Below, in pieces: positions 53,836 to 64,000 of a stretch of 64,000 nucleotides of DNA (within the stretch, counting starts at the first letter, position 1; every line of letters begins with the position of its first letter). A model generated the notes under the pieces. The model saw only the letters and a program-made list of their open reading frames with translations, was not told the origin of the DNA and did not search any database. The DNA is from Octopus vulgaris. Taxonomy: Eukaryota. The stretch is from positions 70,928,001-70,992,000 of the forward strand of contig OX597814.1 of NCBI GenBank assembly GCA_951406725.2, in the 5' to 3' direction. A program made the position numbers and the translations under genes.

Positions 53836-54428
53836 TTTAATATTAATGACACAGTAAATGTTTATTGCATTATTTGTTGCTAACTTACCTCTATGGCTAT
53901 TGCAAAAAGGTATATCTGTATATGGTATGATTATTATGTAGTAGTACCCAACAGGGCAGCCTCCTCGTAATTGCTCAATTTTCAAGAAGCAGCCCAAATC
54001 TACAAATCATTTTAAAAATAGGACTCATTCAGTAATGTAACACTGTCTGACATTAAAAAAAAAAGAAGAAAATAGTCGCAACTAGAAAGCCTTTAATCAT
54101 ATGTCTATTCGATTAGAAATGGAGTAAGAACTTTGTTTTGAAAAGAAAAATGGTAAGGATATTGTTTGAATTATGAATTTAGTTGGTTTTGGTTACTGTT
54201 ACATTTAAATTAACTATTTATATCTTTAGAATTAATATTATTTCGCATGCTTCTGTACGAGAGAGAAGCTATATTTATAATCATTACAGTAGAAACGAAG
54301 GGAAAAATTCTAATTCCGTTATACATTTATTTTATATACTGAAAACAAATATGAGTGTCCGATACGCATAAGAAGTAAATGAAGCGTAGTAATAGTGTGA
54401 TGCTCAATTTCCCCCACATAACTTGTAA

Positions 54429-57400
54429 TCTCTCTATATATAAAACTGAGAATGTGTGTCTGTCTGTGTGTTTCCCTAAAACTTGAGAACTACACAACCA
54501 ATTTCATTCAAATTTTACACATGCCTTACTTAAGGTCCGGGGAGTGTCATCGCAAAAAAATTTAACTTTTTGCCTAGGGCGACCCCACAGCAATATCATA
54601 TCTTCCCCACTATTTCAGTATTACGTGCTAAAAGTGAAACAAAAACATCTCTCTATTGTAATGCAGACACTTTCACTTTAATACTGAAACTATTAAAGTG
54701 AAAGTATTATATAACAGGGATGAACCATTAACAGTGGTCATCCATTTTGCAAGAAGAAGATCCGCTATGGTCTTATATGCTACACCACTGGTTTTCAATT
54801 CATATTAATCAAATTAATATTCAATTTTCACCCTTATTATGTATGTGTGTGTGTGTATTAGCAATTCGTATAAAATTGCATCAATGACTTGAACTTGAAT
54901 AAGTGGTTTCACATAAATGGGGATAAATTAAAAAGGTTTGTTGTTATTATTACTACTGTTTGACTATTGTAATCACGTTTGTTGGTTCCTCGTAAGGGAA
55001 ACGTTGTTGTGTTGCATTTGTTAAATAATTGTAAACCGTAACCCTCCCCCTTTCGGAGAAGGGGCTTTGGTTATTGTTTAAAAATTGAATTGTGTCCCTG
55101 TTTGGGGAAATTGACAATATTTTCACCGTCTTTACGGAAGCATTTTTGTTAAAATGCCTTCGATAGAAGAAAGTTCACAAATGAATTTCGCTGCAGCCGT
55201 ACACTTCTATACAAGAGGGAGGACAAGATCCAATTGATCGAAATTGCAAGAGACGGGCCTACAATTCCAGTCTGTTATATATTTTTAGTATTGTTATCAC
55301 TAGCGATATCAAGATATAACTTTGTATTTTGTATTTTATGTGTAGATGTATATATATAGATGTACATGTAATATGTACACATATATATACACATATATAC
55401 ATGCATAATATATCTACCCATACACACATACGCACACACACACACGCACATACATAGGGGCAGGTGTTGCTGTGTGGTAACAAGCTACGTTCCAAACATA
55501 TGGTCCTGGGTTCAGTCCCACTGTGTGGTAACTTGGCATGTCAATTGTGCATTCCAAATGACATCTTTCGGCGCTAATGTTGTTCAAGAAGGCGTGTTTA
55601 TGCCAACTTTCAAAGTGCAGGTACAGGTTTACCATAGGATAGGATCACTCGAACCTGCTGAAAATCAAGATCCTCAATTCCTTCCACTGTACTTTGTAGG
55701 TAATTTACATGAACAAGTCACCCGACGAAATTCCATTTCCACAGGTACTAACTTTCACTTGATAATGCAACTGCAAGACCTTTTGCACCAGAAAAACAGC
55801 TACGTACACAACTTCAAGTATACCTTGGAAACAGAAGATTCCTCAAATTTTAATGTTATCATTGATGCCCAGAAAAGACCATCTAGGGAACATGCAGGCC
55901 GTTACAATGCACCCACATGCAATGAAATAGCTGTACTCCTTCACGGTGAACAGTACAATCCCGGAGACATTGTCCTCAGGCGACGTGACACCACCCTCCA
56001 ACGAATTAGTGAAACACACAGATCATAGGATTCACTCCAATACCTACTTCTGTTTATTAACGGTGAGGATGGCTACATCCTCAAAATCTTAATGAACATC
56101 TCAACAAACCAATATCCTGCATGGACTTCTACTCATACAGATTTATGACCCGAAACAACTGCTGTAATCACCTCCACCAGTCTCGAGAGCTGTTTCATCA
56201 ATTTGCAGTCGATATGTGCGTAAAAATGGAATCAGAGAGATTGTGTTTCATCAGGTTACATAAAAAAAAATTGCGATCTGACAGCTACATCCATTTCCGA
56301 GATGCCCTCAACAATAATGCTGCTCCAACAAACATAGGAAGACTTTGCATCTTGCCTTCTACATTCACTGGAAGTCCCCGATACATGCATGAAAGAACAC
56401 AGGATGCAATGACCTTTGTCCGCCATTACGGCAGGCCTGACCTATTCATAACTTTCACATACAATCCCAAGTGGAAGGAGATTTAGGCCGAAACTCCTTC
56501 TTCGGTCAAAAGCCTAAAGACAGGCATGACCTCCTCGCCCGAGTTTTCCATCTGAAGTTAATCTCTCTCATGGAGCTCATACAAAAAGGTCAAGTCTTTG
56601 GGCCCATACAATGTGACATGTACACAATCGAGTGGCAAAAAAGGGCCTTCCACATGCTCATATCCTGCTTTGGCTCTCAGCGAAGATCAATTCCAATGAC
56701 ATCGACAAGATAATCTCTGCAGAGCTTCCTGATCCAGCTTTAGACAAAGAACTATACGAAATAGTTAAAGCAAACATGGTACATGGTCCATGTGAGCGTG
56801 GATTCAATATAAACTCACCATGCTTGAAGGACAGTATATGTTCAAAAAGATTTCCAAGGAGGTTCCTACAAGAAATTCAGACAGGTGCTGATGGGTATCC
56901 ATCATACAGACGCAGAAAACCAGAAGACGGGGGTTTCACAGCAACTATCGGACAGCACGATATTGATAATAGATGGATTGTTCCATACTGCACACTCCTG
57001 TCAAAGACTTTCAATGCCCACATCAACGTTGAGTTTTGCAACTCCGTTAAATCCATCAAGTACGTTTGCAAATATGTAAACAAGGGTTCTGACGCTGCAA
57101 TGTTTGGACTTCAACAAGAATACTGCCAGGATGAGGTGACGCATTATCAGGTGGGACGGTACATAAGTAGCAACGAGGCTTTCTGGCGCATCTTTGGCTT
57201 TCCAATTCACCAACGACACCGCAGTGCACCTGGAAAATGGTCAAAGAGTGTACTTCACCGATGCTAATGCTTCTCTGTTGGCAGAGGAAACAAGGGATAG
57301 CACACTCACTGCATTCTTCAAGCTTTGTCAAGTGGATCCATTCGCTCAGACCTTGCTGTATCCACAGATTCCATCGTACTACACTTAGAATGGAAAAAAA

Positions 57401-58972
57401 TGGGCCCCACGGAAAGCAGGTCAAAATGTTCATGGATACCCTGGCATTAAGTTTCACACTTGCCTTGGGCGAGTATACACAGTGCATCCCACTCAACAAG
57501 AGTGCTTCTACCTTCGTCTACTACTGCATGAAGTCAGAGGGCCAACGTCTTTCCAGGTCCTAAAAACTGTTCGTGGACATGTCTGCACAACATACAGAGA
57601 AGCCTGCTTTCGACAAGGTCTGTTATAAGATGGTGCACAATGGGATGCAACTTTAGAAGAGGCTGCTTTATCACAATCACCTAAAAGTCTCAGGACACTA
57701 TTTGCAGTATTACTACAGGCATGCGAACTGTGTGATCCGGCCACTCTATGGCTCAAATATAGAGACAACCTGGCTGAAGACTTTCAGCGCCAAGCTCAAC
57801 TGCTCTATCCTGACATGGAGGGTATCAGCAATGAAATCTATAACAAAACACTCATTGACATTGAGGACAGAATTGCTAAACTGGGTGGAAATGAATTGTC
57901 GACGTATGGCCTGCCACAAGCATTCAGGTCAGGGTCAAATAGCCTTTCCACTGCTGTCATTTGTGAAACAACCTACGACACTCAAGCGCTTTCAAAGTAC
58001 ATTGTTGAAAATGAGCCTAAATTACTTCCGGGCCAGCTGCAGTCCTACAGAACTATTCTTAACAGTGTACGCCGACGCGAGGGACGAATCTTCTTCCTCG
58101 ATGCTCCTGGAGGGACAGGAAAAACATTTATTACAAAGCTTCTCCTTGCAGAAGTTAGGCAGCATCAGGACATTGCAGTAGCTGTAGCCTCCTCTGGCAT
58201 TGCAGTTACTTTGTTACCCGGTGGCAGGACAGCACACTCAACTTTTAAACTCCCTCTCAATTTAGCAGCATCCGAAATGCCTTGATGCAGCATCAACAAA
58301 AGCTCAGATCAGGGACAAGTACTTAAAATGTGTCATCTAATTGTCTGGGATGAGTGCACTATGGCTCACAAGGAAGCTTTGGAAGCATTAGATAGAGCCC
58401 TGAAAGACATCCGAGACTGTCAGGCTCCAATGGGAGGTGTAACGCTTCTGTTGTCAGGTGATTTCAGGCAAACTCTTCCTGTCATTCCGAAAGGCACTAG
58501 AGCAGATGAAGTTCAAGCATGCCTAAAGTCCTCTACCCTGTGGCATCATGTTACAATCTTTAGTTTCACCACTAACATGAGAGCTCAGCTACACGGCGAC
58601 AAAATGTCCACAAAGTTTGCACAGAACATTTTGACACTTGGTGAAGGCAAGATGCCTCTCGATGCTGCAAGACAAATGGAAGTGTGGTCATTTTCCTCTG
58701 TTGTTAGATGACCTCAAAAACAAAGTCTTTCCCAACTTCATACAAAACTACCAAAATCACAATTGGCTGTGTGAAAGAGCAATATTAGCTCCAAAAACGT
58801 CGCTGTTAACAGAATTAATCAACAGCTAATGCATTCTATTCCCGGCATTATACACACTTACAAGTCTGTTGATACAATTCCAGATATAAAGTTGTGAACT
58901 ATCCTCCTGAATTTCTCAATTCACTGCAGCCTCCTGGACTACCTCCACACATATTAGCATTTAAAGTTGGGT
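54429..58972 (+). mobile_element. Helitron (RepHel pseudogene), 3' end interrupted by a PLE
   Basis: The 5' end is A|TC at 54429. HUH Rep motifs are PDLFITFT, YTIEWQKR-GLPHAHIL and KYVCKYVNKG. Pif1 helicase motifs are FFLDAPGGTGKTF, VASSGIA, IVWDECTM, GDFRQTLPV and RAILAP. A SINE head lies at about 55455-55540. Confidence 0.96.
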
Positions 58973-60705
58973 ATGCGTGCATATTAAGACGTGTTCTGTA
59001 TTTTTTAATGAAAAAAGTTTCTTTACTTAAACGTTCTAGTGGAGAGTTTGTGTCTTTGCACTGGTAGAAGGGGAAGACTGTGAAATTTGGTTTCATGTTA
59101 TCTGCACATTTGTCTATATGTTCACTGAGAGGAATTTGCCTGTATTGTGGGAAACGGATTTGCTCTTTATGTAAAGTGGTTCTCCTTCTCAAGGTCATAC
59201 TCGTTTGTCCAAATTGAAAGGGATATTTATTTTGATGTGTTTCGGGTGGCATGAGTTAAAGAGGATATATTGTTTTGAATCAGTTGGTTTATAATAAATG
59301 TCAGTTATGATTTCATTGTTAACTTTTTTTTTATCATGATGTCTAAAAATGGGAGTTGTTCTTTGTTATATTCCATTGTGAATTGAATGTTACTATTTAT
59401 ATCATTTAGTGTTGATTTGAAGTCCAAAAGTTTGTCGATGTTCTCCTTCCAAATGATAAGACAGTCATCCAATTTTCTCTTATGTAGAGGTAAAGTGGGT
59501 AACTATATTTCTAAAGTGATACTTCATATAAGGTGAATTCGAAATAACCCATTATTAGGTTCGCAAGAACAAGAGCTGCTTTCGTTCCCATCGCAATTCC
59601 GCATTTCTGACGATAGTATGTGTCATCAAATAGGAAATAATTGTTCTGAAGTATAAATTTTAAGGATTCAATAATAAAGATCTGGTTTATGCGTTCCGGG
59701 AGAACTTCGGGGTACTTTTCCAACCAGAATTTAATTGCTTTTATTCCATAGTCATGGGGGATGTTGGTGTAAAGATTGATAACATCGAGGGTAACCAATA
59801 TTGCCTCTTCATTAATTGTTTTTGGCAGGTGTTCTAGCATGTCTAAATCATCTCTAATGAAACTTTTGATGTATTTCAGCAAGGGTTTCAGTGGGATGTC
59901 TAGAAAATTGCTTAGGCGGTGGGTTTCACAGACTGGCCCAGCTACAATGGGTCTTAAAGTTAAGTCTTCTGGCTTTTGGATATTTATATATTTGCCTGGT
60001 GATTGTTTGCAGGCTTCATTAATTATCTTGCTCTTGTGTATTTTAGGAAGGCCGTAAAAAAGACTGGGTTTACATTTGAAGTTCGTGATGTAGTCTGTTT
60101 CTTTTTCTGTCAGGCCTTTTCCACGTAGAAGAATTAAGGATGCAAGATTTTTCATTGTTTTTTGTTGTTTATAGTTTTTAACTTTTTCGTAGAAGGCCTC
60201 GTTTTCTAGTATGGATAGTACTAGTTTTTTTATAGTGTTCCGTGTCCATCAGAACTACAGCACTTCCTTTGTCTGCTTCTTTAATTGCCAGGTTTTTGTG
60301 GTTTTGTAGTTCAGTCAGATTTTTCCATTCTTGATTGTTGAGGTTCGGATTAATTTTTCGTTTATTGGAAATTCCGAAATATTGTCTTTAATTTCATTAT
60401 GGTTAGCTCTTCGTGGGGTTGGAGTGAACTTTAAACCTTTGGCTAGTATATTGATTATTGTTATAGAGAGTATTTTCTTGGATAAGTTAATCACTTTGGG
60501 TTTCTCCTGTACATTTTGTTCCAACGTATGTCCCTGTTTCTCTCCACCTGCTCTAAAAAATGTTTATTGTAATTTGGTTGGGAGGGGTAAAGGGTGTTAT
60601 TATTGTTATTAATTAAATCAGTATTATTAGTACTTATTATATTCGGATTGCTGGGGGGGGGGTCTTGCTGCCTGGGTAAACTGGTTGGGAGCACGTGGTT
60701 AGGTT
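58973..60705 (-). mobile_element. Penelope-like element with internal deletions
   Basis: ORFs 60315-60524 (LAKGLKFTPTP), 59511-60155 (FYGLPKIHK, RPIVAGP, LDVINLYTNIP, GIAMGT) and 58973-59215 (FGQT..R..H, FPFYQC). The 5' end abuts (TA)n. Confidence 0.95.
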
Positions 60706-60790
60706 ATATATATATACATATATATATATACATATATATATATACATATATATATATACATATATATATATACATATATATATACATATA

Positions 60791-60853
<63 letters not shown>

Positions 60854-60855
<2 letters not shown>

Positions 60856-61563
60856 TATAAATAAGGGCAAACGAAAAAATTTCTAATGCCAAATATGCCG
60901 AAAATTGGACATATTGTCCATTTATCATATCATTTTCTCCCAGTACGCACGCTACTCGAAAAAAGGTCGACAGAAATCTCTAAAAAATTCCATTATTACC
61001 ATATCGGACCGATTTCAGGGTTAGTTAAAAAAAACTTATTTATAAGTTGTTTATAATTTAACCTTTAAAGGTATTTTTTAATATGCTGGCCATTGATAGA
61101 ATTTTTTTCGAAAAAATTTTATCCTACATTAGATATGAATTTAATAGTGTTCACTTCCGGACTCTCCCACTCTGTGAGTGCCTCAGTTCAAATCGCACGT
61201 GTCTTGGAGTATTTCTATTTTGGATTTATTTGGGGTACTTAGTTGTGCTCATGACTTAGTGTTTGCTTCTTCCATGGGTATGAGTAAGTATCTCACTTAC
61301 TTCTTTGCCACATGTATCACTGACGAAGGGAGGGTTTTTTTTAACTAACCCTGAAATCGGTCCGATATGGTAATAATTGAATTTTTTAGAGATTTCTGTC
61401 GGCCTTTTTTCGAGTAGCGTGCGCACTGGGGAAAAAATGATATGGTAAATGGACAATATGTCCAATTTTCGTCATATTTGGCATTAGAAATTTTTTCGTT
61501 TGCCCTTATTTATAAGTTGTTTATAATTTAACCTTTAAAGGTATTTTTTGATACGCTGGCCAT

Positions 61564-61568
<5 letters not shown>
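60854..61568 (+). mobile_element. Non-coding HHR-containing unit (retrozyme-like or PLE pseudo-LTR) with an inverted 5' segment, inserted in (TA)n
   Basis: Direct repeat 61035-61098 / 61505-61568; inverted repeat 60854-61035 / 61334-61516; HHR at 61314-61368. Confidence 0.8.
61314..61368 (+). ncRNA. Minimal type I hammerhead ribozyme motif
   Basis: Reads gtatca-CTGACGA-AGGG..CCCT-GAAA-TCGG-TC-cgatat, with an intact core and GUC triplet. Confidence 0.8.
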
Positions 61569-61641
<73 letters not shown>

Positions 61642-62631
61642 TGTTGTGGTTCAGCTTAAGGACAGAGCTGGTGACCTACTTTTGGGATAAATCCATTGTC
61701 CTGTCAGATTCAGGTGGATTGATCGGTTCTGGGTGGACCTGCGACCCCTTTCGGGTGAACTAGAGGTCGTTCTAAACACCCCTTGAAGAAGAGGAAGAGG
61801 AAAGTAGTGAGAAAGATAGAGTAAGGAATCTGAGAGCAGATAGAGAGGATGACAGCAGCAGCGCCGATAAAGATAGGGACATAGGACCAGGCGGGATAGA
61901 GAGAGTATAAGGCTAAGAGACAGATTGAGGGTAGTGATAAAGACAGTTGGTATTCGGTCGTCAAAGCGAGTAGTTGGAATTTTGGGAGCAAGCGGTTGGG
62001 ATGCAAGAGCTTGGCAAGTTGGAGTTAGCAGTACGGAGAGAGATATATACAGAGGAATAGGCGACTGTTAGAGAGGAACTACAATATGGGACACTGGCCA
62101 TTCTAGTAGGAACTAAAGGTATTTAATTGTATTGATACGTGCTACGATGTAAAGAGACTGTAAAAGAAAAAAAGAGAAAGAAGAAAGAGAGAGAAAAAGA
62201 AGGACTCTGATATAGTCGTTAAAGACTTTGAACTGTAACGTGAATTGTTGTGATTTGAACATTGTATAATGTCCTTCGAACTGTATATGACTTGTTGATG
62301 TGTTTTGAAATAGAACTGTGTCACCGGACGGTTATATTGTTACTTGCATGTTTAAATGCTTTGATCTGTGGTATAGCCGTATGATGTATTGATTTGTTGT
62401 TTCCTTTAAATGTTTTAAATGTATCTGAAATGTATTTGATGTGTAACAATTGATTGTCATATAAACTAGTTGTTAAATGTAAGCCAGTTGTGCCTTGCCT
62501 CTTTGTGTCTCTCTCGGTTGCCTCTGTATCTCTTCGTGCTGCTGCTGCTGTGTTGTATCTATCTCTCCTCTCTCTCGGTTCCGTGGCGAACTTGCCCGTT
62601 CGGGCGAGCGACGACGGGTGATTCCGTAACA
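61642..62631. mobile_element. Solo LTR (about 990 bp) inserted in (TA)n
   Basis: Termini TGTTGTGG...CCGTAACA form an imperfect TGTT..AACA inverted repeat. atatat flanks both sides, and there is no coding capacity. Confidence 0.7.
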
Positions 62632-63061
62632 ATATATATATATATGGTGTTGTATATCGGGATGTCCTGTTTTTGCCAAATAAGCACAGGCACTATATAT
62701 TCGTTCTTCACCCGTTTATTATTGTTCGTATTTTAACTCATGTGCATTGCCCAGAAATCTTTCGTCAACCATCTGTGAACTCTTCAGTGATACTTTCCGT
62801 TCTCGTGTGTGCTCCTGCTGCGCTTAGTCTATTCTGTTCTTATATGATGTGTATCCTTATATCATACACATCAGGAAGGTGTCACTGAAGATTTCCAAAC
62901 ATTGGACACGAGTTAAAATAGGAACAGTAATAAACGAGTGAACAACGAATATTTATAGTGCGTTTGTTTATTTGGCGAAAGAAATTACCGACCCGAAATA
63001 CAACAAATATCAGTATCAATACACGTTTTCACAACAGGAATTTTGCAACACAAATTCACAA

Positions 63062-63140
63062 ATGTATGTATGTATGTATGTATGTATGTATGTATGTATG
63101 TATGTATGTATGTATGTATGTATGTATGTATATATGTATG

Positions 63141-63197
<57 letters not shown>

Positions 63198-63275
63198 CTT
63201 CATAAAACGTGTAGTAAATAAACGTACGAACATATACGTTAGTACATTATATATATATATGTACATATACACATG

Positions 63276-63321
<46 letters not shown>

Positions 63322-63345
63322 TATATATATGTATATATATATATG

Positions 63346-63418
<73 letters not shown>
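63062..63418. repeat. (TATG)n/(TA)n microsatellite block
   Basis: Directly visible. Confidence 0.97.
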
Positions 63419-63422
<4 letters not shown>

Positions 63423-63869
63423 TAATGAGGGTAGAAATTGATATCAACCAATTAACATCAATTTCAACCAGTGGTTTTAAAAATCCGTAGATTTAAAAAT
63501 CATATTAGAGGAATGATCACTAAAGTGGATTCCTAATATGCTAAAGATAGACGTCTAATTTCCTTACCACGAAGAGTGTATTCTCAAGAAAATTTTCAGC
63601 AAAAACGCCAGAATGAAAAAATGAGCAAGACAAATGAAAATGTACAAAATAAAAAGATTACCTGCGTATCATGATTTTTTTTTTTAACACTTGCATAATG
63701 CAAAATGCAAATACCTGCAATTCTTCCGCGTAGTCTGACGCGTTACAAACATATTTCACAGAACTATACACAGAAACGTTCACCCGAAAGAAAACGCAAA
63801 TACAGTTCTGCAAATTATATTTGGGGGCGACTTTCAAATTCTTCATTTTGGCGCGCTGAGGCCGCATAG

Positions 63870-64000
63870 GAGACTACCCGTCTGATAAGGGTACACTAGG
63901 CACATGCATCACAACCATATGTGCACGACATGGTGATTTCATGTCAAGATAAACAGCGCATGACCTTGCAGGTGGGGCCCAGTTAGAATTTTCTTCTGGT
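63870..64000. repeat. Probable interspersed repeat fragment (GC-richer), cut by the window end
   Basis: Composition shift and resemblance to a recalled octopus repeat; it cannot be classified from this window. Confidence 0.35.

Noticed and set aside
55474-58900. Pif1 helicase as a host gene
   Set aside because: It is fused to an HUH Rep domain, has no introns, is full of stops and lies behind a Helitron 5' TC terminus.
58899-59252. ORF joining GIY-YIG to a novel C-terminus (possible PLE-Helitron fusion)
   Set aside because: It is read-through from the minus-strand PLE into antisense Helitron sequence at the insertion junction.
62880-63600. Additional HHR-like traces (62884 CTGAAGA, 63550-63600 minus; also 34930-34990 and 45045-45135)
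   Set aside because: Core residues or stems are too degenerate to support a call.

Overview
AT-rich eukaryotic genomic DNA, very probably an octopus (coleoid cephalopod). I infer this from recalled octopus tRNA-derived SINE families and the very dense (TA)n/(CA)n/(TATG)n microsatellites. I find no recognisable host protein-coding gene; the window is a nested transposon graveyard. It holds about ten Penelope-like element (PLE) copies or fragments, two near-full-length L1/Tx1-type LINEs, a young CR1-type LINE, an RTE, restriction-like-endonuclease LINE fragments (HERO-like and R4/Dong-like), three Helitron pieces, Tc1/mariner, hAT and piggyBac relics, a solo LTR and many SINEs. Four observations stand out. 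(1) At least eight minimal type I hammerhead ribozyme (HHR) motifs lie in PLE tails or in a retrozyme-like unit, and several inverted duplications break inside or beside the hammerhead. (2) Both L1/Tx1 elements sit in the tRNA-derived head of a co-oriented SINE. (3) All eight LINE insertions are on the minus strand. (4) A decayed piggyBac contains a perfect 151-bp inverted repeat. All calls were made by eye, and boundaries are approximate unless a junction sequence is quoted.
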